From positions 224,001 through 288,000 of the forward strand of contig CAVRCF010000002.1 in the NCBI GenBank assembly GCA_963719505.1: DNA of 64,000 bases, read 5' to 3'. A model generated the notes under the pieces. That model worked only from the letters and a program-made list of their open reading frames with translations, was not told where the DNA came from and made no database searches. Below, piece after piece: positions 8,567 to 19,988 of the stretch. How positions within the stretch are numbered: position 1 is the stretch's first letter; the number at the start of each line of letters is the position of its first letter. The DNA comes from Halobacteriovoraceae bacterium (GTDB taxonomy: Bacteria > Bdellovibrionota > Bacteriovoracia > Bacteriovoracales > Bacteriovoracaceae). The position numbers and the translations under genes were made by a program.

Positions 8567-10457
8567 ATGAAAGTAATTTTAAATTTAATATTAATAATAA
8601 TTGTTTGCTCGTGCTCTTTTAAGTCAAACGATAACGACAAGAAGAATGCCAAAGTAGAGCTGATTACAAGTGATTTTGGCGGAGATGACTTTGATGGAGA
8701 TAGAATTAACAATAATGATGAGGTTTTGTTAGGACTTGATCCGTATGTGGCAGATATTCCTAAGGTTAAAGCAAATTTTCTGCAAAATTATAGAGTAAAA
8801 GCAATATTTGAAGATGAGAGTGAATTCTTAATTGATACTAAGGTTGCCAGAGATAATCCAGACTTTAAGTATAGAGTTGGAGAGCTTTTTATTAAGCGAG
8901 ATAGTTTGAAAAGTGCTGCTCGTATTGGTCGCTTTTCTGGTGTCTCATGGGGCGAAATTAAACAAAGAGATATTAGTTGGATTCAATTCCCTGATATCTC
9001 ACCTGAGTATTATTTTTCTAAAGTTAGAGAATACACCTCAAATCATAAAAAAACGAAGTCAGTCTCTATAACAATTGAAAATAATCTCAAGCTCCTAGAC
9101 TCTCAATTATATGATGAGATAAGAGACTTGCAAATTAATTATTATTATTACAGCTATAGCAAAGAAGACTATGTTCTTCTCAAAACACAAGTCGTAGATC
9201 AAGTATTTCAATCAGGTGTCAACGAGAAACTTCCAACTAGATTTAGAAAATGTACCACAAGAACTTCTACAAGATACATTTTTGAGGCACGGTGAGTTCA
9301 TCGTTTCTGAAGTGAAAGATTTCTATATACCTAATCTCAACCTAAAATATAGTGAACTACTAAAATCTGTTAAGGCCAAAACTGTTTCAGTGTACAAATC
9401 TAATCCAATTGAACATGAACTAGACTATGTCGCTGTTAAAGATATTGGCAGTTCATTTTTAGAAATCACGAAGAGACTTTATGGAAAAAATATAAATATC
9501 TCTGATGGACGACTTGAATCAATCGAGCAGTTTAGAAATAACTTAGAAGAGTTTAACAACTTAAGTGAATTAAAAGGAATGAATAAGACTGGAAAGTGGT
9601 TTGTAATGACCAAACAGTTAAAAACTCATTACTTATCTCATCTATATCAAAGTGGAGAAACCATATCTTTATCTTATATTACTGGGAGTGAATTAGCATC
9701 ACAAAGAGCTGAGAAAATCTTTTCTAAAACAGATTCCGTTTATACTGGAGAAAAAGGGATTGTCCATCCTTTGGGGAATATAAATAAAAATTCACAAATT
9801 GAGTTCAGTATTTATCTTAATAGGGAAAGAGGTAAAAAACTTATTCAAGAACATAAGAAATTTTCATTTCGACCTCCAAGTTGCAGAAACTGTACAGGAA
9901 CTAACTGGAGTGTTTGGGCAGAATATAGTGTAAATAGCTTTATTCAATACTACAGAGATTCAGAGGTAGAAAACCTTGATGAAGCTAACAGTATAGTTAA
10001 GGTATTAATTAATAATACTGTGCTCAACCTAGCTGAGTTAGAAAAAGAAAATTTATTACGAAGAGAGTTTAAAGAAGATCAAACTGGCAGTTACATTCAT
10101 TACAGCCTTCATGGTCTCGAGAAATTGGATGCATTCGTTGTCGGAGCTGAAAATATTGTTCAACTTAAATTATCTCCATTGAGTAAAGGTGAGGCCGCTG
10201 AAGGTGTTCAGATTACTAAAATTGGAGGACATAAAGTGAATATTCCTGAGCAAGCGGGATATATCACGTACCAAATGGCTAGAGATAACAGAACTAAGTT
10301 AGCAGAGACTGGATTACATTTTGATCATTGGAACCGACTAGTTGGGTGGGATACGAAAGATCCACAGGGATTCACACCTCAATTGGGAAAAATTCAAAAG
10401 TACTGGAGAGGCATAGTCGTAGATATTATTGGGACAATTAACAACAATTATAACTAG
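8567..10457 (+). CDS. Large lipoprotein with DxDGD Ca-binding motif, possibly binary-toxin-B/PA-like (one frameshift near 9230)
   Basis: Lipobox-like VCSC; DFDGDRINNNDE...GLDPYVADIP; ORFs 8567-9295 and 9216-10457 overlap and read as one gene. Confidence 0.6.
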
Positions 10458-10466
10458 GAGATAGAT

Positions 10467-10724
10467 TTGAATCTACTTATTACACTTTATTTATTTATGA
10501 ATGAAAACGTATGGGCCAGAAGCATAAAGGCAACAGCGGATAGGCTTGGAAGTGAAGCAAAAAACATCGGTCTGTCCGTGGGGTTATTTGGTCTCGCTGT
10601 GGCAGGAATCTACTTAACTCTAGGTAAGCAGGATGCCAGTACTAAAATTACTCAGGCAGGGCTTGGATTATTAGTAATCGTAATGTCTCCAAGTATTGTT
10701 AGTTTCATAAAGGGAGTAGCATAA
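10467..10724 (+). CDS. VirB2/TrbC-like conjugative pilin
   Basis: 85 aa, leader plus two hydrophobic helices, first gene before VirB3/VirB4. Confidence 0.7.
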   Translation: MNLLITLYLFMNENVWARSIKATADRLGSEAKNIGLSVGLFGLAVAGIYLTLGKQDASTKITQAGLGLLVIVMSPSIVSFIKGVA

Positions 10725-10981
10725 TGCAAAAATATCCTAAATTTCTAAATCAAGGCCCTAAATTTTTTGGGCTTAGTTTCCTAGATATAGTTATCTTTTG
10801 CTTAATGACATATCTGGGAGCTTTCTTAGACCTTAATCCAATTGTAACTCTTATTTTAAGTGCATCAACAATCTTTGTGATTCAAGCCTCTAAGAAGTAT
10901 TTTGATTTTATAGGATATTTGAATTCATCAAGGACGAAAACTCTTTCATGGATGAAAGATCTTGAAGGGAGGGAGCTATGA
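10724..10981 (+). CDS. VirB3/TraL-like membrane protein
   Basis: YPKFLNQGPKFFGL plus 2 TM; position between pilin and VirB4. Confidence 0.65.
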   Translation: MQKYPKFLNQGPKFFGLSFLDIVIFCLMTYLGAFLDLNPIVTLILSASTIFVIQASKKYFDFIGYLNSSRTKTLSWMKDLEGREL

Positions 10982-12841
10982 AGTTCCCTCTCTTTGAGAC
11001 AATTGATAATAAGCTAGTATCTCTAACAGGTGAAACTAGTTATCTTTGGAAGCTTACTCCTCCTGATTTAGAGCAAGTTGAAGATAAGAACTCTTATTAC
11101 AGCTCTATAGAAGAGAGTATCATCTTAAATAAGACTGAATGGGCCAAGTTTTATCATATAGACGGACAGCATTGGTTTAACTCAAAAGAAGAACTTAAAA
11201 ACCCTAATATAAGCTCAGAAGTAGAACTCAATCCATTATCTATTCTTTTTAAAGAAGCTAACTCGGAAATAGAGCTATTTGATAATTACTTTGTTTTAAA
11301 TAACAGGTTCTACCAATTGTTATCTGTTGAAACCTTTATGGATCAGATTAGTATTACTGATCTTGAAAATTGTAACTTTTGTTTGATGTTTGAAAAAATC
11401 AAAGCTAATACGGCAAAAAATAAACTGCAACTCAATAGACGTATGCACTTTTCATCAACTTTAAAGAACATAAGAGATATCGAATCCGAAAAGTCATACC
11501 AAGAGTCAGAGGACTTACTTGAAAGTGTAATTACTGGTGAAACAGAAGTTTATAAATCAGAGATGTTCTTTATTGTTGATGGAGTAACGAAGAAAGACTT
11601 AGATGATCAAATCAAAAGAACTAATCGAATATATTACCTCTTTAAATGGAAAACTAAGAATAGAAGGAAGAGGACTTAGTTTCTTTTTAAATTCGATTAT
11701 TCCTGGTGTAAGGCCAAGTCTAAAGAGACATAAGCTTATGCCTTCGACTTATATGAGTGAATTAATTCCCTTAAGTTGTGAAGAGGTAGCTAGTAAAGGA
11801 ATGAAGCTAACTTCAAGAAAAGGGAATCCAGTAGCTTTTAACTTATTTGATAATAAAGCCACTAACTACAATATTCTTATCACTGGAACCTCTGGACAAG
11901 GAAAGTCCATGATCGCTAACAAGCTAATCAAAGAAGAGTTAGAAAGTGGATCTAAAGGAATAATTCTAGATTTAGGAAACTCATTTAAAAAGAATACGCT
12001 TTTTCATCGTGGAGCCGTCTTTAGTGAAAAGTTTAATCCTTTTCAGTTCAAAAATCCAGTGTATCTAAAAGAGTTTATCATTTCTGTGACAGGTTATGTT
12101 TGGGATAGAAAAGAAGCAGGTAAGCTTTATGAGTCTATCAAAGAGAATATCGATAAAGCAGGTAACTTCAACGAACTTATTGCTCTTCTAGATAATGAGA
12201 TAGGAGATATAAAGTACTACTTCTCTGAAATAGAACAGTTCTTCACAGATGAGGATATCAAACTGAATGATCTAACTTACTGTGACTTAACTATTTATCC
12301 AGAAATAATAAAATCACCTTTGATGGTCTATTTGGTTGAGTACTTTAAGCAGTTAGAAGGTAAGAAGATCTTTGTCTTTGATGAATGCTGGGGACTTCTT
12401 AAAAATAATGCAGATTACATCGCTGAGTGCTTTAGAACCTTTAGAAAGCATAATGCCAGTGCTATTGCGATTTCTCAAAACCTTGATGATTTCAGCGAAA
12501 CTCAGCTAGGCCGAGTAATAATTCAAAATACATACTATAAGTTTTTGTTTAAGCAAAATATTGGAAAGACTCCATTTGTTTCAGATTTTCAACTCGACCT
12601 TCTTGATACTGTTAAATCTAATAGAGGGGAGTATTCAGAGTTTCTTATGCTCAGTGAAGAGATTCAAAAAATAATTCGATATTACTCGTCTGCACTTGAA
12701 TATGAACTCTTCACTTCAAGTAAAAGAGATAATGATCAAATTGAAAAGTACTTTGAAGAGAAGGGGAAGTATTTAGACTTTGATATGGCATTTAGGAACT
12801 ATACAAAAATTAAATACCCACATTTTATGGAGGAGCTATGA
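10978..12841 (+). CDS. virB4: VirB4/TraC-family ATPase (frameshift near 11620)
   Basis: Walker A GTSGQGKS, ILDLGNS, Walker B VFDECW, FRTFRKH, ISQ. Confidence 0.85.
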
Positions 12842-13494
12842 AGAAAGAACTTACAGTTTGTTTATTGGCCTCAATACTTAATAAACCAGTATCCGCTTCT
12901 ATGTTTGGTGAAGAAACAGCAGTACTTATTGAAATAGCTACAACAACAGCGACTCAACTTAATGAGCTTGAAAAGTTAGTTTCTAATGCTGAAAAGTACA
13001 CTAAACAGATGCAAAAATATAATGAGTTGTTTCAGGATCAATACTTCAGGGCAGAAAGAATTCTATTTGTAGCTGAGTCTTTAGCTGCAAAAAAAGAAGC
13101 TGCCAACTTAGGAGAGCTTAACTGGGCGATTAGAGAACTTAAATACTCAATGAGTGAGCTTAAAAGTCTTATGAATGAGTATAAAGATATCAAAAATAAT
13201 GAAGATAAGACTAAGTATCAGGTTAAAGAACTTAAGAAGATTAATGAAAAGAAATCAAAACTTGCAATTCATCAGATCAAAAGTTCAGCGGGTGCAAAAA
13301 CAACAGGAAGAGCAACACAGTTAACAGCTAGAAATACAGCTCTTATTTATGAGCAGAATATTGAAATGCATAATACTCAACTTGAGATTTTAGAAAAGAT
13401 GTCTACGAGTAATAGATTATTAGCTGAACAATTAGAGACCGAAAGATTTAAACAGATACAAAAAGAGAAATCTTATGGAGTAGTCAAAAAATGA
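12838..13494 (+). CDS. VirB5/TrbJ-like coiled-coil T4SS protein
   Basis: Signal peptide, helical coiled-coil, position between VirB4 and VirB6. Confidence 0.55.
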   Translation: MKKELTVCLLASILNKPVSASMFGEETAVLIEIATTTATQLNELEKLVSNAEKYTKQMQKYNELFQDQYFRAERILFVAESLAAKKEAANLGELNWAIRELKYSMSELKSLMNEYKDIKNNEDKTKYQVKELKKINEKKSKLAIHQIKSSAGAKTTGRATQLTARNTALIYEQNIEMHNTQLEILEKMSTSNRLLAEQLETERFKQIQKEKSYGVVKK

Positions 13495-14753
13495 ATATTC
13501 TAAAAGATATGCTTTTGATCTCAGATCCATCAGTCTTAAAGCTTTATAAAGAGTTGATTGCTATATCAGGATACTTTATAGCACCTGTATTCACTGTTGC
13601 ACTAGTTATTGAGTACCTTGGAGAGATGAACTTTGCAGGTGTACTTAAGAAGCTATTGATAATTGTTGTTTTTATGGGAGCTTTTTATAACGTTCACACT
13701 AAAGCAGTTGATATCTCTCTTATAACAGCTTCAAAGACATTAAAACGAATTAGTCCAAGAAATCTATTTGTTAAGAAATGGTTTAAAGTAAAAGTTAAAA
13801 CGAAAAAGAAAAGCTCTTGGAGTTCGTTAGAAGCATTTGCTATTCCAAATTTGAATGATCTTGTAGCAACTTTATTTTTTGTTCTCTCAAAAGTCTTTAT
13901 TTGGCTTTTAAAGCTTATTTATTCAAGCGTATATCACTTAACTTATATATTCGCTGGATTTACGGCAATCATGTACTTCTTAGGTTGGACTAAAGATGCG
14001 CTCAAGGGAACTATCCAAGCGAGTCTTTGGTGCATGATCTTGCCTTTTGTAATTGTCGCTATTTTAGGTCTAGTAGGGAACTCAATGGATAATAGTGCAG
14101 CAGTTGGTGAAGTCGCATTTGCAAGTATCAATAACCTTGTGTGGCTCTTTGGAGTGACACTACTTCTACTCATTTCTCCATTAATTACTTATGGGATGAT
14201 TAAAGGTGATGGAATTCATAGCGCTGGAGCTAAAATGGGATCAATGATGGTTAGTTCAGGTACTCATGCCTTATCAATGCTTCCAATGGTTACTCGTTTT
14301 GGACAATCTAGTAAGAAAACATTTAAAAAAGGTAAGAACGGACTCAATAAAGCGACTAGAAGTATTAGTCAGCTAAGAGATAGTAAATCTCAATCCTCTT
14401 CAAAGCTCTCTAACTTAAAGAGCAATAGATTTGCTTCAAGTAATCAAAAATCGAGACTAAGCAGCAAGGACAGTACTTTAAAAAGTGACAAGACTCAAAC
14501 TAATAAAGCTTCTAAATATAGTACTCAAAAAGACAGCAGTAGGTTTGAAATTAAATCCAATAAATCGGATCAAAGATCTAATACTGCTAAGAGTAGCAAA
14601 GAAAAGCTAACAGATAAGAGGATGGATTCAAAAGTTAAAAACTCTAGTCGAGACATCAGTAAGAATACTGTGGATAAAAGAACAATAAAAAGTAAGTCCA
14701 CTAAAGAGATAAGTAATAGAAGAGATCGAGGAGGTAAGCGTGAGTTACGATGA
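13491..14753 (+). CDS. VirB6/TrbL-like polytopic membrane protein with Ser/Lys-rich tail
   Basis: Several TM helices followed by a low-complexity basic tail; synteny. Confidence 0.65.
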   Translation: MNILKDMLLISDPSVLKLYKELIAISGYFIAPVFTVALVIEYLGEMNFAGVLKKLLIIVVFMGAFYNVHTKAVDISLITASKTLKRISPRNLFVKKWFKVKVKTKKKSSWSSLEAFAIPNLNDLVATLFFVLSKVFIWLLKLIYSSVYHLTYIFAGFTAIMYFLGWTKDALKGTIQASLWCMILPFVIVAILGLVGNSMDNSAAVGEVAFASINNLVWLFGVTLLLLISPLITYGMIKGDGIHSAGAKMGSMMVSSGTHALSMLPMVTRFGQSSKKTFKKGKNGLNKATRSISQLRDSKSQSSSKLSNLKSNRFASSNQKSRLSSKDSTLKSDKTQTNKASKYSTQKDSSRFEIKSNKSDQRSNTAKSSKEKLTDKRMDSKVKNSSRDISKNTVDKRTIKSKSTKEISNRRDRGGKRELR

Positions 14754-15186
14754 TTTTCAAGCAACTTTCATGAAAGAGAATAAAAAACTAAGAATAATGA
14801 TGGCAGTTTCATCTTTGATATTTGTAGCGATACTAGTTTTGTTGATTTTTGAGAAAAAGTACTTTGTATATCAGGGGCATCCAGTTTTTGAAGAAAGGAT
14901 ATTGTCTGAGAGTGTTTGTCTTGAGGGTTTTAAGAGCATTGTTAGCGGTGAACCTGATGATACTACAGTGAGTTCTGGAATTTTGGGTATTCTAAAGAAA
15001 GATCCATTTGAATTAGAGATCTCAAAAGTTCTAGGCCTTAAGTCATTAGAGCAAGGATTTTGTAAAATTATAATAAATTCAAAAGATAAGCTTATGGCCT
15101 TTAAAGTTGGACTTGAAGGAAGTGATGAGAATCCATTTTATTACAAAGTGCTATCAATTGATGAATTAGCATACAAGGGGGAGTAA
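14740..15186 (+). CDS. VirB8/TraE-like bitopic protein
   Basis: Single N-terminal TM, small periplasmic domain ending ENPFYYKVLSI (cf. NPxG of VirB8). Confidence 0.5.
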   Translation: MSYDDFQATFMKENKKLRIMMAVSSLIFVAILVLLIFEKKYFVYQGHPVFEERILSESVCLEGFKSIVSGEPDDTTVSSGILGILKKDPFELEISKVLGLKSLEQGFCKIIINSKDKLMAFKVGLEGSDENPFYYKVLSIDELAYKGE

Positions 15187-15655
15187 ATGACATTTTATAT
15201 ATTAATGAATCAAGTAACGACATTGTTTCTAAGTTTAAACTTACTTACAACGCTTTCGTTTGAATCTGAGGTTATTAGCTTCATGTATGGAGGCAGCGAG
15301 CAGGACGTGTATTTTAAGGTAACCAATAATAGAAAGACTTTAGCGATCAAACCTAAGATTGAAGGAACGCTATCCAATCTTATTAGTTATAACTAAGCAG
15401 AGAAAATATTATTTTGATTTGTCACATAGTGCAAAGAATCCTCATCAATTTGTTGAGGTTAAGCATGGGGTTATAAATCATGCGATGAAAAAGCTAGTCA
15501 CAAAGCCAGATTATGAAATCTTACAAGGAGACTCTTCAATTCTTTATATCAATAGAGGCCGGCCTAAGGTCATAAATGGAAAGCAGGTCAAAACTAAGGA
15601 GTACTTCTCTAAGGGAGTACCACTAATTGTTAATGGCAACAGAGCTTTAAACTAA
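15187..15655 (+). CDS. Short VirB9/TraK-like protein (frameshift near 15380)
   Basis: KTLAIKP..SN/LLVITKQRKYYFDL motif; precedes VirB10. Confidence 0.55.
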
Positions 15656-15672
15656 TTAACTAGGACATCTAA

Positions 15673-16434
15673 ATGAATAAGTATTTTGCAATTATTTTTG
15701 TAATGGGGATTCCTGCGCTTCTTTTTGCAAATGAAGCAAGGATCACTAGATTAAAGAAAAACAAAGTAACTAAAACTACTACCAATAATGGAAGTAACTC
15801 AAGGAGAAGAGAGAATGACATTCTTAAAAAAATGTACGAGCAAAACAAAAAGATTAACGCCCTTCTTAAAAGAAAAAGTGAAGTCCCATATATTTGGGAA
15901 GGACGGTCTAAAATCCTTACTGGACGAGTATTCAAGGGTACTCTTTTAAACTCTATTAATTCAACGAACCTATCTAGTCCTGTTCTTGTTAAAGCGCATC
16001 CAGACCAAGGCTTGGATGTCGGATCTAAGTTCGCATGCTTTGGAACAACTGCTCATAAGAGAGTTCAAGTCATTTGTAATAAGCTTGTTACAAGAAGCAA
16101 TGAACAGTTAATCAATGCTCAAGTTTTAAACATGGATGGATCATCAGGGTTAGTTGGGGAATACGATGACGGTAAAGAAGATTTAATTACAGGCGCGATC
16201 ATTTCTGATTTCACTCAAGGAGTATTATCGGCATCTAAGAGTAGAGTCGTGACAGGTATTGGAGAGCTAGAAGATGCAAGTGTAAAAAACAAAGTATTTC
16301 AAGGTCTTATAAATTCAGGACAAACAACATCAGACATTCTTTTAGAAGATATGAAAAATAAAGAGCCTGTTGTTACTGTCGAAGCTGGAACTCAAGTCTT
16401 GATTTACTTTCAGGAGGCGATAAATGAGATTTAG
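15673..16434 (+). CDS. virB10: VirB10/TrbI-like core-complex protein
   Basis: GTLLNSINS..SPVLV, DGSSGLVG, PVVTVEAGTQVLIYF. Confidence 0.75.
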   Translation: MNKYFAIIFVMGIPALLFANEARITRLKKNKVTKTTTNNGSNSRRRENDILKKMYEQNKKINALLKRKSEVPYIWEGRSKILTGRVFKGTLLNSINSTNLSSPVLVKAHPDQGLDVGSKFACFGTTAHKRVQVICNKLVTRSNEQLINAQVLNMDGSSGLVGEYDDGKEDLITGAIISDFTQGVLSASKSRVVTGIGELEDASVKNKVFQGLINSGQTTSDILLEDMKNKEPVVTVEAGTQVLIYFQEAINEI

Positions 16435-16936
16435 CTTAATTGTATTACTAATAGCATTAACTTCTTGTTCAAGCTTTAAAAGAACTGTTGTTACAGCTGC
16501 ACTGACTGGAGCAATAGTTGGAGCAGCTGGAGGCGCTGCATTTTCACCTGATGAGGAATCTAGAGATAGAAATACCTATTTATTTGGAGTTGCTGGAGCA
16601 TTAGCCGGAGCTGGAGCTGCTTTTCTTTTTAGAGATGAGCCCATGAATAAGAATCTACAAACTCCAATGCTGTTAGATGAAGATAAACAAACACATAGGG
16701 AGGTTCCGTTATTTGATTTTTCACCACAGTTAAAAAATATAAAACCAGAAGTAACATTTAAGCCTGTTAAGAAGTTTGAAGTACCACTTGAAAAACTACC
16801 TAAGTCGCTTGAGGGAAAAGTTAAGAAGCAATACATCATTGAATACGAGGCAGAGGCAAGGACTTTAAATATTGGATCAAGAACGATCCAAATTAGTCCA
16901 TTCAAAGCGTGGGAGCATGTATATGAAGAACAATAA
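16424..16936 (+). CDS. Glycine-zipper lipoprotein of the T4SS operon
   Basis: LTSC lipobox, GAIVGAAGGAA and GALAGAGAA zippers. Confidence 0.65.
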   Translation: MRFSLIVLLIALTSCSSFKRTVVTAALTGAIVGAAGGAAFSPDEESRDRNTYLFGVAGALAGAGAAFLFRDEPMNKNLQTPMLLDEDKQTHREVPLFDFSPQLKNIKPEVTFKPVKKFEVPLEKLPKSLEGKVKKQYIIEYEAEARTLNIGSRTIQISPFKAWEHVYEEQ

Positions 16937-18317
16937 TAAAAGTAACGATCTCGATCTATTTACACCAATAGTTGAGATCTTTCATGAACTTTGCATGATG
17001 GTTGTAGGAATTATAACTGAACTTGCTAAGTATCTATGGAGAAGAATTACTAAGTCACCAGCAGAAGTTAAAAAGATTGAGAGGAAGAGCTTTAAGTAGT
17101 AAAAAATCGACAAAAAGCCTGAGGCCTTAGGAGTAGATACGAGATCTAAGAAAGATATCTTATTAAAAGATATAGACTTCACTAAGCATAGCTTCATTGT
17201 AGGAGCATCAGGTTACGGTAAGACAAATCTTATTAGTATGCTCCAAGAGAATAACTTAAAACAAGATAAACCGATTATCTTTATTGATCCTAAAGGCGAT
17301 ATGGATGCACTTAAGACCTTTAAAAGGCTTTGCGAAAAAAATGGTAAGCCTTGTTATATTTTCTCTGAGCATTATGAAGATTCAATTAGTCTTAACCCAG
17401 TATTAGAGGGATCAGTTAGTCTTGTTAAAAAGAGGATTATGGACTCTCTTGATTGGTCAGAGCCTTATTATAAGAATCAGTGCAAGATAACTCTTTCAAA
17501 AGCTCTTAATAAAATAAAAGAGTGATGGACACAAGTTTACTCTTAAAAGAATCTACGATTATGTATGTGAGCTACAAACTAAAGATAACTTAGGCTTAAT
17601 TGTTCAGCTGCAAGAGATTCTAGAAAGTGATTTTGGTAAAATTTTATCAAGTGATGATGGAATGACATTTTCTCAGATTAGAAAAGAGAGAGCTTGTCTT
17701 TATATTGGACTATCAACTCAAGGCTATGGTGAGATGGCTGTCGGTATAGGAAAGCTATTCTTAAATGAACTTTTCTATAATTCTTACTGCTCTCTTATAG
17801 ATAAGAATTCAAAAGCAAATGCTTTATCTAATCCTATTAGTGTTTATTTTGATGAATTTGGTGCTGTTGTAACCCCTGAGTTCATTGAATTACAAAACAA
17901 ATGTAGAGGTGCTGGTATTGAACTCACGATGGCAGTTCAGACATGCAGCAGACATTAATAGAATCAGATCCTGAGCTTACTCAGCAAGTTGTGGAGAATG
18001 CAAATAATTATTTATCCTAAAGCAAAGATTGGATGAAGGTTCCTCATTTTTCTCATAGTCATATCGGTACAGTTATAACCAAGAAACTTACTTCTCAAAC
18101 AGAGAACGGTGAAGAACAAAGTGCAGGAACTGTAAGAGAAGTTAATGAGCTTATAGTTCATCCAGATATCATAAAGAATTTAAGAATAGGTCAATGTGTA
18201 CTTTTAAGGCAGTCGCCAACGCAAGTTAACTTAATCAACATTAGAAATAGACAGATGGAGGCGATTCAAAAAGTGAATAAGCTTGTTGAAGAAGGAAAGA
18301 TAACTTTAAACTTTTAG
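16923..18317 (+). CDS. virD4: VirD4/TraD-like type IV coupling protein (several frameshifts)
   Basis: Across fragments: HSFIVGASGYGKT, FIDPKGD, YFDEFGA, KCRGAG..MAVQ, VHPDIIKNLRIGQCV. Confidence 0.8.
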
Positions 18318-18324
18318 GGGGAGC

Positions 18325-19052
18325 ATGGAAGTAATTTATCCAACATCAGGGATGCAATTAAATTATTTAGAGCCATTAAAGAAATGGAGGATCTTAGATC
18401 TAAAGAGTTTAATGAGAGAATCAAGATATGAAGCAACTTACAAAGGATTTTGTAAAATGTTGTTAAGGCTTGAACAGAAAAATATTATTGGCTCATTTAG
18501 AGAGCCTTTTTCAGGGAGGAAATATTTGTATTTAACCAAAGAGGGAAATCATTCTCTGGGAGGAAATGCGAATCCTCCATCAATAAGTAGAACTACACTT
18601 GTTCATGATGCAAAAGTTGTTGAGTTAGTTTTAGAGCTTATGAAACTCGAATCTATTTACGGGTTTGAATTAGAGCATCAAATCAGAGATATGAAATCTT
18701 TTGGATCAACTTATCAGATTTGTCCTGATGCAGTGATGTTAGGTCAAAAAGGTAAAAACTAAATTTAAACTAGCAATTGAACTTGAGTTAACTAGAAAGA
18801 CAAAAGAGAAGTACTTAGCAAAAATTGGTCAGTACTTAAGTTCAAGTTATTACGACTTTGTCGTTTATTACTTTCAGAGTCGAGGTGTTATGAATTCTTA
18901 TATGAAGCATATAAAAGAGAAGTACGGTGATGAGTCAGATCGAAAAATACTTATATGTCTTAAATGAAAAACTACTGACCAATAAATTCAAATTTGATGA
19001 ATCAATTGCATTTCATAAAAATAAGGAGGGAAAACTTGAAAACGTATTTTAA
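18325..19052 (+). CDS. Replic_Relax (MOB-L-like) relaxase (frameshifts near 18755 and 18962)
   Basis: wHTH ending YLYLTKEG, TLVHD, ICPDA; shifted frame continues LAIELELTRKTKEKY (PD-ExE nuclease pattern). Confidence 0.7.
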
Positions 19053-19117
19053 AGTAAATAATAGTGTCACCTTGATGGCGACAGCTTGTCTCTTATTAGT
19101 ATCATTGGTGAACAACG

Positions 19118-19264
19118 ATTTTTCCATGCCCTCTAATGTATTGATTTCATAGATCTTTCTCACACTCCGAAAGTGACTCCCTCCCTCTCACGTAAATGTG
19201 GATGGATGGAGTCACTTTCTACGTGCGAGAAGATAATAATATGAAATAGAGGGCATGGAAAAAT
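19118..19264. repeat. ~147-bp nested imperfect inverted repeat (candidate oriT / ssDNA promoter / sso)
   Basis: Perfect 18-bp arms ATTTTTCCATGCCCTCTA / TAGAGGGCATGGAAAAAT enclosing GAAAGTGACTCC / GGAGTCACTTTC. Confidence 0.85.
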
Positions 19265-19294
19265 AGTAAATAATAGGTAATGGAAGGAGAATTA

Positions 19295-19652
19295 ATGGTG
19301 GAAGAAAAGAATAAAAAAAGAGGAAGAAGACCAAAAAATGAGAAGAAGGAGTATGTATTAAATAGAGATCAAACTAAGTTTTTTATAGATTACGGAGATA
19401 ATAAAAAAGAATTAGAGGTCGTATTTGATTTGTTGAGTAAGGCCAATAAAAAAAGTTTAGGGCGAGATATAACATTTAAAGACTTAGCCTTATTCGGACT
19501 TTCTAAGATCAACGAAAGAGACATTGAAAAATTCAAGAGTCATCACTAGGCGAGATGGAGAAGGTTCAAAGGGCTTTAGATGAATATAACCTAAAGAGCG
19601 ATAAGAAGCTAAGCCTTGGTGATTCTTTATAAAGAAGCTAAATATTAATTAA
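19295..19652 (+). CDS. Small basic putative DNA-binding protein (frameshifted)
   Basis: KKRGRRPK AT-hook-like start after AGGAG; continuation LGEMEKVQRALDEYN in a shifted frame. Confidence 0.5.
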
Positions 19653-19667
19653 ATTTAAGGAGTCATT

Positions 19668-19977
19668 ATGGAAAATTCATTTGAGCGCTTATTTGTTGGA
19701 CGATTAGGTAAAAATCCAGATCTTAGATACACGAAAAATCAAAAAGCTGTTTGTTATTTATCCGTTGCAACAACTAATGAAGTTGATAAGAAGAACTGAT
19801 TGGCATAGAGTTGTTGTATGGGGAAAGCAAGCAGAGCTTTGTAATCTATATCTTGAAAAAGGAAGAGAAGTCTTTGTTAAAGGAAAAAAAGAACTCAAAG
19901 AGTTTATGACTGGTGAAGGAGATCTCAAAAGGTATAAAGAAATTAATGCTAGTTTAATTGGTTTTCCAAATTTGTAA
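19668..19977 (+). CDS. ssb: Single-stranded DNA-binding protein lacking acidic tail (frameshift near 19795)
   Basis: MENSFERLFVGRLGKNPDLRYT...SVATT joined to TDWHRVVVWGKQAELC..YLEKGREVFVKG. Confidence 0.85.
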
Positions 19978-19988
19978 ATGGAGGTTAA

